The notes below the pieces were generated by a model. The model had not been told where the DNA came from and searched no databases. It worked only from the letters and a program-made list of their open reading frames with translations. Both the position numbers and the translations under genes were made by a program. From a virus (lineage: Duplodnaviria > Caudoviricetes), in the IMG/VR virus record IMGVR_UViG_3300036985_003045: 64,000 nt of DNA; one strand, written 5' to 3'. Below, in pieces: positions 18,959-27,561 of this stretch (the stretch's first letter is position 1; every line of letters begins with the position of its first letter).

Positions 18959-20317
18959 TTATTTAATTTTAATAGAACTATCAGCAATTTCTTTATCATT
19001 TCTTACTTCAAGAAAGATAGGAAGGAATAATGACTCTTCACCATTTGTATTTTTGATTCTAGCATTATACTTTACAGATATGATTTTGCCATAATAATCT
19101 GATGGAGGAGCATTTCTTTGTTCATCAGTAAATCCAGAACCAACATATACCTTCAATAAACCATCGGCAGATTCACAGCATAATGAACCTATCATATCAG
19201 CATATTTACCAGTACCACCTATTACAGAAACTACTTTCAAATCACAATCCAATTCTGCTTTGAACTTGATTTGACCTTTGGATCTTTTGTTTTCCCATAA
19301 TGAATTAGGATCTTTAAGAATGATGCCTTCTTGATTTTCATCAAGATAGTTTTGAAATATTCTTTGAGTTTGTTCTAAAGAATCTACCTCAAAAGTTTCT
19401 ACTAAATCAAGTTTCCTTAATTTAAATTTACTTAATTTATAAATAAGATTTTTTAATTGCCTAAATCTATAACTGTAAGGTTGGTCACATTTACCAGCAA
19501 TGAAATCTTGATATGGAATTTGATCCCAAAGAGTAGCAAATACTCTATCTGCTTCTTCTTTTGATATAGTTCCCTTTACTGCTTTGTTTAGAATACCATT
19601 ACCAGTTTGACGATCACATATCTTACCGTTTGAATCTGTTTCAACTGTATCATATACCAGAAGTTCACCATCAAACACAGTGTCTTTATGATCTGCTAAT
19701 TCGATAAATTCTTCTTCAAGACTACCTAGTAATGAAATCTCTTTACCACTTCTAGAACGAAATTCAACCGTACCATAAAAATCATCATCGAATTTAACTA
19801 TGGCATTAAACCTCATACCATCTTCTTTCTTTTGAACTATGGCAGGGAATGTAATCTTATCAACTAATTTCTGCTCGAAAGGAGAACATAACATACAAGG
19901 GAACTCTGGTATTAGATTCTTCCAGACTTTATTGACGGTAGAGGTAGAAACACCGCACTTCAGATCTTTTTGGATAATTCTCTCGACGACCTTGGCGTTG
20001 CTCTCGGATACATTCTCAAGGACGAATACGAGGTGAGAAATAGCATTGTTGCCAGTGATCTTGCGAGATGCTAACTGTTCAACCAATTCTTGGATAGCCC
20101 AATCGAGGTTGTCGTCGCTCAGGAGAAATGTGCTTGGAGTGTACGATGGGATCTTGCGTTGGTAGAACTGAGTGAATGGATCGTTAGCAAGACGACATAC
20201 CTCTTTCAGAAGATCGTTATCCTTGTGCTTGGTAAGCAAATCGATCTTGAAGTTTCTAGAGTTGTTCGATTCGAGTTCTTGTAGTATTTCTAGTATCATT
20301 ATGTATGTTTCTCTCAA
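18959..20317 (-). CDS. gp30: ATP-dependent DNA ligase
   Basis: KEDGMR (KxDG), FDGEL, EGIILKD, VGSGF. Confidence 0.93.
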   Translation of the reverse strand: MRETYIMILEILQELESNNSRNFKIDLLTKHKDNDLLKEVCRLANDPFTQFYQRKIPSYTPSTFLLSDDNLDWAIQELVEQLASRKITGNNAISHLVFVLENVSESNAKVVERIIQKDLKCGVSTSTVNKVWKNLIPEFPCMLCSPFEQKLVDKITFPAIVQKKEDGMRFNAIVKFDDDFYGTVEFRSRSGKEISLLGSLEEEFIELADHKDTVFDGELLVYDTVETDSNGKICDRQTGNGILNKAVKGTISKEEADRVFATLWDQIPYQDFIAGKCDQPYSYRFRQLKNLIYKLSKFKLRKLDLVETFEVDSLEQTQRIFQNYLDENQEGIILKDPNSLWENKRSKGQIKFKAELDCDLKVVSVIGGTGKYADMIGSLCCESADGLLKVYVGSGFTDEQRNAPPSDYYGKIISVKYNARIKNTNGEESLFLPIFLEVRNDKEIADSSIKIK

Positions 20318-20335
20318 TAATTAATTTATGGGTCT

Positions 20336-20364
20336 ATTATATACTGTTTTCTGGGAATGTAAAC
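20336..20364 (-). promoter_or_regulatory. Early promoter GTTTAC-N17-TATAAT
   Basis: Consensus match upstream of the ligase. Confidence 0.8.
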
Positions 20365-20366
20365 GT

Positions 20367-20576
20367 TTATATTAAATTAATATCAATTGTTTCACCAACT
20401 CTGAAGATTCTAACTTTATACTTCATTTCAAAAAATCGTTTTTCATCTCTAGTCAAAACTGCATTATAACCTTGAGCGCATTTCTTAGCATCTTCTTTCT
20501 TGTCGAAAGATTTTACCATAGTAGTACCTTCTTCGCCATTTGCACCATTAAAACTATAAACACCATATTTAAACAT
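20367..20576 (-). CDS. Hypothetical protein
   Basis: 69-aa ORF in tandem operon. Confidence 0.6.
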   Translation of the reverse strand: MFKYGVYSFNGANGEEGTTMVKSFDKKEDAKKCAQGYNAVLTRDEKRFFEMKYKVRIFRVGETIDINLI

Positions 20577-20578
20577 AA

Positions 20579-20770
20579 TTAAACCTCTTTGTAGTAAGAA
20601 GGGTCGTCAAAAACGACTTCATTGATAATCCAAGCAATGATAGAATCTCTATCAGTTGGATCAATATGACAAGGGCGAACCCCATTAACATCTTTGAACC
20701 AGTCAGAGAATACTCCAAATAGTTCATCGATTGGCATTGCTTTGCATTTTTCAACGATTTTGTTGCTCAT
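20579..20770 (-). CDS. Hypothetical protein
   Basis: 63-aa ORF with GAGG SD. Confidence 0.6.
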   Translation of the reverse strand: MSNKIVEKCKAMPIDELFGVFSDWFKDVNGVRPCHIDPTDRDSIIAWIINEVVFDDPSYYKEV

Positions 20771-20791
20771 AATATATAATTCCTCAATAAT

Positions 20792-20896
20792 TTAAATGTT
20801 ATCCAATGCAAGGATAACTGTTGGGATGATTAACTGAAACATAACTGGTATGCTTAGTAGTAAATCTGTTACGGGTTTTAATATTTCTTTATTCAT
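20792..20896 (-). CDS. Small hydrophobic peptide (34 aa)
   Basis: MNKEILKPVTDLLLSIPVMFQLIIPTVILALDNI, directly after a promoter cassette; not in ORF track. Confidence 0.45.
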   Translation of the reverse strand: MNKEILKPVTDLLLSIPVMFQLIIPTVILALDNI

Positions 20897-20930
20897 AATA
20901 TAGTATCTCAATTAATTAGTTTATGGATCT

Positions 20931-20959
20931 ATTATATCATACTTTCTAGAAATGTAAAC
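20931..20959 (-). promoter_or_regulatory. Early promoter GTTTAC-N17-TATAAT
   Basis: Consensus match. Confidence 0.8.
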
Positions 20960-20971
20960 GTTTATTTTCAA

Positions 20972-21586
20972 TTATTTCATTAATTTTATTGATCCATCCT
21001 GACTAACAAAATATGCTTCAAATTTTATCTTCGGGAATAGTTTTTTTAATTCAAGGAACTTAGTCAAATTAGTTATAGCATCATCGAATAGACTTACTCG
21101 GTCAAATTGACCTGTCTTTAGATAGTTGTGTATGATTACAAACTTTTTATCGGCAGCTGCAGCAATATCAATTATATTACCCGCGCGTTCTACACGAACA
21201 TCATCAATATTGAATTTATATTTTCTGAATGTATTTAGGAAAACTTCTTTATTATCGAAGTTTGCTCTTGCAGTAACAACTATGACTTTACTAAGTGGAT
21301 TTTTAACTGAATGTGATAAGATTGCTTTTGCTCTATCAAACATTCTTGAGATGGGTTTAGATTCTTTATTAAACTTTTTAGCATCTTTGAATTCTCCAAA
21401 ATCAAAAGATTCGCCTTTTTTTAATATGTATGTATTAAATTCTTGATTAGATAGTTTTTTTAGAACTTTGCCATCTTTAATTAATGCAATTTGCGCAGTT
21501 GTATGAAATAGTGTATCGTCTATATCAAATATACTAAGTCTACCCAATTTATTGTCTTCTGATAAAAACTTTTTAAATGATTCCAT
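20972..21586 (-). CDS. HAD phosphatase with capsid-targeting-like N-terminus
   Basis: FDIDDTL, VTAR and FDDA motifs. Likely start is MESFKKFLSE at 21586; GATAAATA late-like site at 21617-21624. Confidence 0.75.
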   Translation of the reverse strand: MESFKKFLSEDNKLGRLSIFDIDDTLFHTTAQIALIKDGKVLKKLSNQEFNTYILKKGESFDFGEFKDAKKFNKESKPISRMFDRAKAILSHSVKNPLSKVIVVTARANFDNKEVFLNTFRKYKFNIDDVRVERAGNIIDIAAAADKKFVIIHNYLKTGQFDRVSLFDDAITNLTKFLELKKLFPKIKFEAYFVSQDGSIKLMK

Positions 21587-21626
21587 TCTCTTTACTTCTT
21601 TTATTAACATTTACTTTATTTATCTT

Positions 21627-22046
21627 TTAACCTCTAGCAAATTTATTTGAAAATGCATTTTGTTCAGATTTCATTTCTGCTTCAAACACCATACGATTCA
21701 TTTCTCTATCATCTTGTTCTGCTTGAAGTCTTGCTTTTTGCAAGGATATTTCGAGGAGTTGACCTGCGTACTTGCATATACGGGGAGTGCCTTTAGCATT
21801 TGGTTTTTTCCAATAAGCTAATTGTTTTTCAGATAGTTTTTTAAACTTATCATAATAAGTTGCCATTGAAGTACCCATATGAGCATCTGCAGGAGTAAAT
21901 CCACGTCCATTTGCACTAATGGTTCCTAACGCAGTCTTTTCAGTTTCAGTTTGTCTTTCATTAATAACTACTAAAGCTCGGCAAATAGCAGTATCATTAT
22001 TGTTTAATAGATTTATAATATCTTGTTTGTTCATTTTATTCCTCAC
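21627..22046 (-). CDS. Hypothetical protein
   Basis: 139-aa ORF. Confidence 0.65.
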   Translation of the reverse strand: MRNKMNKQDIINLLNNNDTAICRALVVINERQTETEKTALGTISANGRGFTPADAHMGTSMATYYDKFKKLSEKQLAYWKKPNAKGTPRICKYAGQLLEISLQKARLQAEQDDREMNRMVFEAEMKSEQNAFSNKFARG

Positions 22047-22513
22047 TTTCCTAAATTAAATTTTTCTTCAAATTCAACCATTGATAAACTATCAAATGCA
22101 GTTCTTAAAATATTAATGTTATATTTAGATTTTAAAGAATCCATATCTGATTTATCATATTTTTTCCAGAACATTTGTCTAGCAGATTGTTCTTTTTTTA
22201 CAGCTTTAGTTTTCTTTTCTCTTAAAACTTTAATATGTTGTATTGCATTGCATTCAGATGATTCAATAAATTCTGCAAGAGTTTCAACTGAATAGAATAT
22301 TTGAGCAATTTCTTCTTTTGGATTTGAAGAATATTTACGAATACCAATAGGACGATAGTTAGCATGTCCTGCGGCAGCATTAGCATAATCTAAAAGTTCT
22401 TCTGAAAGAACTAAGTTTATAGCATCTTCACCGGGTATGTACAAAGTAGGATTTGATTCTACTTTTGCATGGTAATGATTGTATAATTCTTTTACTGCAT
22501 TTAAATCTAACAT
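22043..22513 (-). CDS. Hypothetical protein
   Basis: 156-aa ORF behind a promoter cassette with GAGG SD. Confidence 0.65.
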   Translation of the reverse strand: MLDLNAVKELYNHYHAKVESNPTLYIPGEDAINLVLSEELLDYANAAAGHANYRPIGIRKYSSNPKEEIAQIFYSVETLAEFIESSECNAIQHIKVLREKKTKAVKKEQSARQMFWKKYDKSDMDSLKSKYNINILRTAFDSLSMVEFEEKFNLGK

Positions 22514-22549
22514 AATATATAATTCCTCATTTATTTAATTTATGAGTCT

Positions 22550-22578
22550 ATTATATCATACTTTATAGGAATGTAAAC
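22550..22578 (-). promoter_or_regulatory. Early promoter GTTTAC-N17-TATAAT
   Basis: Consensus match. Confidence 0.8.
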
Positions 22579-22618
22579 GTTTTATTTTGGAAATAGACTA
22601 TTTCTTTTAAAGAAACAA

Positions 22619-22810
22619 TCAACGCGAAGCCTTTATGTATTCTAATTGAGTGTTCAAATACTCTTCGTAATCATCTAATAATTTAACTGATTTGATTTTA
22701 CTATACATCTTTTCAAAATCACCTTGTCCATCTCCATGATAAAAGTATATAGGTTCACCATCAGATGTGGTATTAACAACACTAATTTCATTTATAAAGT
22801 TTTCAATCAT
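22619..22810 (-). CDS. Hypothetical protein
   Basis: 63-aa ORF. Confidence 0.45.
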   Translation of the reverse strand: MIENFINEISVVNTTSDGEPIYFYHGDGQGDFEKMYSKIKSVKLLDDYEEYLNTQLEYIKASR

Positions 22811-22839
22811 TAAAAGGCCTCAAGTAAAAGTAAATAAAT

Positions 22840-22847
22840 TATAAATA
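22840..22847 (+). promoter_or_regulatory. T4-type late promoter TATAAATA
   Basis: Exact consensus 28 nt upstream of the plus-strand operon. Confidence 0.7.
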
Positions 22848-22875
22848 GGATATATATATTTAATGGATTAATTAT

Positions 22876-23307
22876 ATGGATATCGGATTTCCAAACCTTG
22901 ACTTCTTCAGTCTTGTCCAACAATGTGGATTCCCTATAGCACTAGCAGTGGTATGTGGATGGTTCATAATGCAAGCAATTTCATTAGTGCTTGGATCAGT
23001 AATAAAATCAATCAAAAAAATTATAGGACTCATTAAGTCGATGGACGGCAGAGTGCGTCAAATGAATGTTGATATATTGGAATTAGATATATTAGTATCT
23101 AATTCACTTGATGTTGATTCACTTCCGTTAAAAGTTCATCATGAAGTTGCAGCAATAATGAATAATAACGGGGCTCCTCCTGTTACGCTTACACCAAAGA
23201 AACAATCAACTATAATGAAAAAGATTTCTGATACTGTTGAAAAAGCTCAAGAAGTAGTTGATGATGCTACTAAAATAGTTGAGAAAGTAGGAAAACTTAA
23301 GAAATGA
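22876..23307 (+). CDS. Single-pass membrane/coiled-coil protein
   Basis: GFPIALAVVCGWFI TM segment; paralogous to the next two ORFs. Confidence 0.7.
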   Translation: MDIGFPNLDFFSLVQQCGFPIALAVVCGWFIMQAISLVLGSVIKSIKKIIGLIKSMDGRVRQMNVDILELDILVSNSLDVDSLPLKVHHEVAAIMNNNGAPPVTLTPKKQSTIMKKISDTVEKAQEVVDDATKIVEKVGKLKK

Positions 23308-23588
23308 ATCCAGAATATATTAAATTCTTTTCTGACACATTAACTCCAATACTTGGTAGTTGTGTACTTGGAGCATTCATATTTACAGCATTAAAATTTG
23401 TTTTGGGCGATGTTATTACTTCAGTTAAAACATTAGCAAGTATTGTAATGGCTTTAGAGAATAGAGTTAAAACTTGTTCACATGAATTAATTAAAATTGA
23501 TGTAACTATATCATCAGTATTAGGACTTAGACCAGATTTGGATAGAATATCCAGAATGGATGGCAAAAATGATGCTAGGAGAGACTAA
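23304..23588 (+). CDS. Single-pass membrane protein (paralog)
   Basis: TM segment followed by heptad-like RVK...LIKID. Confidence 0.7.
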   Translation: MNPEYIKFFSDTLTPILGSCVLGAFIFTALKFVLGDVITSVKTLASIVMALENRVKTCSHELIKIDVTISSVLGLRPDLDRISRMDGKNDARRD

Positions 23589-23851
23589 TGGACATAACAC
23601 AAATTGCAGAACTTATAAACAAATATGGTTTTCCAATCATAGCTGCAGGTTATATGTTACGCATGGTAAAGTATGTATGGTCATTTACCATTGAAGAAAT
23701 TAATCCTGTATTAGGTGAAGCATCAAAAGAATTAATCACTTTGATTGATAGAATACGATTACTTGATAATGATTTACTTAGACTCACAGCAAAACTAAAC
23801 ACTGTGTTACAAATGCGGGAGAATGCACATAAGCAAAAGGATATCGAATGA
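23588..23851 (+). CDS. Single-pass membrane protein (paralog)
   Basis: NKYGFPIIAAGYM...LIDRIRLLDNDL. Confidence 0.7.
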   Translation: MDITQIAELINKYGFPIIAAGYMLRMVKYVWSFTIEEINPVLGEASKELITLIDRIRLLDNDLLRLTAKLNTVLQMRENAHKQKDIE

Positions 23852-24276
23852 GAATTCTAATATTATTTTTATTATCAAGTAATGTATTAGCAGAACAAAC
23901 TTTTTCATTTAAATCACCTGCATTTAGTGGTATAGGATATTCTTCACATGTTCAAACAATAGAGAATACTGAAACTACTAGAAAACAAGCATTAGAGGCA
24001 CAGAAATTACAAGATGCCAAGGATGCTGCAGCATTAGTTAAGAACACGAATCTTTCGAAATTTCTGAATAACTTTGAGAGTCGTGTTTATGCACAACTGT
24101 CAACTCAATTGATTAATAACTTATTTGGTGAAAATCCAAAGAATAGTGGAACAGTTCAGATTGAAGGTAATACTATAACATATACCAAGACAACTGACCA
24201 AATATCAATGACTATTACTGGTGCAGATGGTAATGTAACACAAGTAATAATACCGGTCGGTAGTTTTACATTCTAA
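23848..24276 (+). CDS. csgF: Curli assembly protein CsgF-like
   Basis: Signal peptide; FSFKSPAFSG; FLNNFESRVYAQLS; adjacent to csgG. Confidence 0.7.
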   Translation: MRILILFLLSSNVLAEQTFSFKSPAFSGIGYSSHVQTIENTETTRKQALEAQKLQDAKDAAALVKNTNLSKFLNNFESRVYAQLSTQLINNLFGENPKNSGTVQIEGNTITYTKTTDQISMTITGADGNVTQVIIPVGSFTF

Positions 24277-25064
24277 TGCGTATTATATTATTGTGCATAT
24301 TATTAACTGGATGTTCTGGTGGTATATTAACTCCGTTTAATGTATTCACTAATGAACCTGAAGTATTGGCATTTAAGGAAAAAAGAGAAATAATCTTACC
24401 TCCTCCTAAAGACGGTAAGGTAGTTGTTGCTGTATATTCATTTTTGGATAAGACTGGTCAACGAAAAGATTCTGCTACTATAGCAAAATTATCATCCGCT
24501 GTAACACAAGGTGGTGAATCTATATTATTAAAATCATTGGAAGATGCTGGGGAAGGTAATTGGTTTAGAGTTGTAGAACGAGTAGGGCTAGATAATTTAT
24601 TAAAAGAAAGACAATTGATTAGGTCTGCTCGTGATGAAGCACAAGATGATAAACAAATAGGTTCGATTCTTTATGCTGGTATGATAATTGAAGGATCAAT
24701 AGTATCATATGATACTAATATTAGAACTGGTGGTATTGGTCTTCGTTATATGGGAATTGGACCAGATACACAATATCAGGAAGATATGGTAACTGTTTCA
24801 TTAAGGGCAATTAGTACACAAACTGGTGAAGTATTACTCACTATTAATGTACAAAAGACGATCTTAAGTTATACGGTTGGTGTTGCTGTATTTAAGTTTT
24901 TTGATATGGGAACACAATCATTTGAAAATGAAGTTGGTGCTACTAAAACTGAGGCAGGAATATATGCATTGAAAGCAGCATTAGATTTAGCAGTAGAAGA
25001 ATTAATTATTAAAGGTGAAAGAAAAAGATTATGGAAATTTTCATCCACTTTTAGGAATAATTAA
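24276..25064 (+). CDS. csgG: Curli secretion channel CsgG-like lipoprotein
   Basis: Lipobox LTGC; VAVYSFLDKTGQRK, SSAVTQG, WFRVVERVGLDNLLKERQLIRS. Confidence 0.9.
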   Translation: MRIILLCILLTGCSGGILTPFNVFTNEPEVLAFKEKREIILPPPKDGKVVVAVYSFLDKTGQRKDSATIAKLSSAVTQGGESILLKSLEDAGEGNWFRVVERVGLDNLLKERQLIRSARDEAQDDKQIGSILYAGMIIEGSIVSYDTNIRTGGIGLRYMGIGPDTQYQEDMVTVSLRAISTQTGEVLLTINVQKTILSYTVGVAVFKFFDMGTQSFENEVGATKTEAGIYALKAALDLAVEELIIKGERKRLWKFSSTFRNN

Positions 25065-25775
25065 ATGAACATCATAAGAAATATATTATTGTTTGTTATG
25101 CTTACAATAATAAACCAATCATCAATTGGAGACAGTGGCGGTAATTCTGTTTATATTGATCAAACTAATGCTGATAATTCTACTGTAAATATTACACAAA
25201 CAGGAGCAAATAATACTGTAGGTGACCCAGATTCTATTGGTTCACCGTCTTTTCAAATAGAAGGCAACTCTATGTTGTTTGATATTATACAAGATGGTAT
25301 GAATAATGCTATAACAGGTAATCTAATTGGCGGCGGAGCAACTGCTGATATTACTCAAACTGGTAATAGCAACTCTACCGATTTAAATATGGGTAATATG
25401 GGTACTGGTTCAGGTACTTTAAGTTTGAACTTCACTGGTAGTAATAACACATCAGTATTGAATATTGGTGTATTACATGATTCTGGAAACTATTCATATC
25501 TTTCAAACATTACAGGTAGTAATAACACTTTAACGAGCACTATTAATAGTAAATATACTGAGAATAATTTTATTGTAACGGGGTCAGGTAATGCAATCAC
25601 AACTACTCAAACTGGGGCTAATGGTACTAATCTTATTGCTGGTAATAATATCGCCATATCCAATATTGGAAGCAATAATACCATAGGGATTAGTCAAGAT
25701 GGAACAACAAATCCAAATTCGGCCATTGTCAATCTTACTGGTTCTGATGCTACTGTTAATATCACGCAACATTAA
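25065..25775 (+). CDS. Secreted curlin-like (CsgA/CsgB-like) repeat protein
   Basis: Signal peptide plus ~10 repeats of Q/T-x-G-x-x-N (ITQTGANN, IIQDGMNN, ITQTGNSN). Confidence 0.65.
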   Translation: MNIIRNILLFVMLTIINQSSIGDSGGNSVYIDQTNADNSTVNITQTGANNTVGDPDSIGSPSFQIEGNSMLFDIIQDGMNNAITGNLIGGGATADITQTGNSNSTDLNMGNMGTGSGTLSLNFTGSNNTSVLNIGVLHDSGNYSYLSNITGSNNTLTSTINSKYTENNFIVTGSGNAITTTQTGANGTNLIAGNNIAISNIGSNNTIGISQDGTTNPNSAIVNLTGSDATVNITQH

Positions 25776-26757
25776 TGCTGGTATTGGTACAGTAATAAAT
25801 CATAAAGGCAATGCTTCTATTACACGTGATAAGACAGTAATAGAATCAAAGAAAGATGTTAGTATAGAATCATTAGATATAGTTGAAACAGGTAAAGGTG
25901 AAGTAGGTATATCTTTTGATGATGATACACAAGTAAAAGTAACAGATAATAGTAAGTTGGTGATAGATGATTTCGTCTATGATCCTAATAACAAGTCTGT
26001 CGGTAAGTTGGCATTGAAATGTGCTATTGGTACTGTACGATACGCCTCTGGTAATATTGCACATGCTAATAATAAGAATGTGGCTATTAATACACCTACA
26101 GCAACTATAGCGGTTCGAGGTACAGCATTCACTATGACAGTTGATGAAATTGGTCAGTCAATGGTTATATTGTTACCTAACTTAGATGGTTCAGTAGGTG
26201 AAATTGAAGTTAGAACCGCGGTAGGTTCTGTTGTATTGAATCAAGCTTTTCAAGCAACAGTAACTACTTCAAATGAAATTAAACCTATGAAGCCGGTGGT
26301 GTTATTAATAAATGAATCTGCTATCACTAATTTTATGATAGTTGCTCCACCGAAGGAAATAGCTCAAAAAATGATTGAGGATAATAAATCTGGTTCATCA
26401 CTAGATTTTAATGGATTAGATAAAGATGCTTTATCTGTAAGAGTATTCATTGATCCATATGCAAAGTTTAATGAATTAAATGTTGATGCTTTATTAATAG
26501 AATATTTGGCAAATGGATTAGAAGATGCTTTTGCGGTAGGTACATTTGCTCCTGGATATAATTCACAGAATCAAGTTTACATATTTGATAAACAGACTAA
26601 TTGGATGATACAAAGATCAGTGAAACAGAGTGCTACATTATTAATCAACAAAGACCGAGGTTACAATATAACACTTGTACAGGATGGAACAACAGTAAAA
26701 TTGCAAAGTGCAGATACAACCACTAATAAAATTTTTATTAAACAAGGAGCAAATTAA
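25699..26757 (+). CDS. FecR-domain protein (exported)
   Basis: D.VETG.G...I.F.DDT.V.V..NS.LVID..VY; TPTATIAVRGT. Start position uncertain. Confidence 0.8.
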   Translation: MEQQIQIRPLSILLVLMLLLISRNINAGIGTVINHKGNASITRDKTVIESKKDVSIESLDIVETGKGEVGISFDDDTQVKVTDNSKLVIDDFVYDPNNKSVGKLALKCAIGTVRYASGNIAHANNKNVAINTPTATIAVRGTAFTMTVDEIGQSMVILLPNLDGSVGEIEVRTAVGSVVLNQAFQATVTTSNEIKPMKPVVLLINESAITNFMIVAPPKEIAQKMIEDNKSGSSLDFNGLDKDALSVRVFIDPYAKFNELNVDALLIEYLANGLEDAFAVGTFAPGYNSQNQVYIFDKQTNWMIQRSVKQSATLLINKDRGYNITLVQDGTTVKLQSADTTTNKIFIKQGAN

Positions 26758-26758
26758 T

Positions 26759-27115
26759 ATGGCAGATATAGTAGTGAGAAAACCTAGAAAACCAGTAATT
26801 AAAAAGGAAATTGAACCAATGATTGATTTAGCAAAAGAACCTACGGCAGTCACACCTGTAGCAAAAGAAGATTTTATGACTTCTAAATGGCGACCAATGA
26901 TGGCTATTAGTTATATGGCAATTTGTCTATTTGACTTTATGGTCGGTCCAATTCTATATAATGTACTTCAATATATGAATCCTGGACAACATTTAGAAAT
27001 GTGGCAAGCAGTTACTTTACAGGGCGGCGGATTATATCATCTATCCATGGGTGCTATTATCGGTATTACTGCTTTTGGTAGAACTAAAGAAAAAATGGCT
27101 GAAGTTAAAGAATAA
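26759..27115 (+). CDS. Holin-like membrane protein (3TM/GTA holin type)
   Basis: WRPMMAISYMAICLFDF...HLSMGAIIGITAFGRTKEK. AAGGAG SD supports the start at 26759. Confidence 0.65.
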   Translation: MADIVVRKPRKPVIKKEIEPMIDLAKEPTAVTPVAKEDFMTSKWRPMMAISYMAICLFDFMVGPILYNVLQYMNPGQHLEMWQAVTLQGGGLYHLSMGAIIGITAFGRTKEKMAEVKE

Positions 27116-27130
27116 TGTATTAAATATGAT

Positions 27131-27167
27131 ACATAGTGTACATAATAAGTCTTTATGTACACTATGT
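27131..27167. terminator. Bidirectional hairpin between convergent units
   Basis: Perfect 15-bp inverted repeat ACATAGTGTACATAA / TTATGTACACTATGT with a 7-nt loop. Confidence 0.75.
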
Positions 27168-27174
27168 GATACAT

Positions 27175-27249
27175 TTACCTATTCAAAATATAACAAGTAA
27201 CTTCAAATCCTAATCTGATATCTTTATAAGTCGGGGTTTTCCACTTCAT
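27175..27249 (-). CDS. pqqA: Pyrroloquinoline quinone precursor peptide PqqA
   Basis: Hand translation MKWKTPTYKDIRLGFEVTCYILNR* (24 aa) matches the PqqA consensus W.KP...D.R.GFEVT.Y..NR with the ExxxY core; not in ORF track. Confidence 0.88.
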   Translation of the reverse strand: MKWKTPTYKDIRLGFEVTCYILNR

Positions 27250-27370
27250 CTTCTTTTCCTAATTTATACATAAAGTCTAAGAATTCTTCAAATGTTAGAC
27301 CTCCTGGCATTGTATAGAATGTACATTCTATAGATTCTTTCATTCTTTCTAAATCGAACTGAGCTTCCAT
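27224..27370 (-). CDS. Hypothetical protein (48 aa)
   Basis: MEAQFDLERMKESIECTFYTMPGGLTFEEFLDFMYKLGKEDEVENPDL; its start overlaps the previous stop codon. Confidence 0.5.
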   Translation of the reverse strand: MEAQFDLERMKESIECTFYTMPGGLTFEEFLDFMYKLGKEDEVENPDL

Positions 27371-27555
27371 TATTCTCTTAATTTAGTCCAAGGTTTATCG
27401 TTACCTGCCCAATCTTGTACCTCGCTACTCCATCCCATCAACTTGTTATAAGTTGGATATAACCAACCCCAATCAAGATAAGACATTGGATAACTAACCC
27501 AATCTCCAAGTAGAAATAATATCTCACTTACAATTCTTCCAAATACTTTTTTCAT
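27370..27555 (-). CDS. Hypothetical Trp-rich protein
   Basis: 61-aa ORF. Confidence 0.55.
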   Translation of the reverse strand: MKKVFGRIVSEILFLLGDWVSYPMSYLDWGWLYPTYNKLMGWSSEVQDWAGNDKPWTKLRE

Positions 27556-27561
27556 AATATC

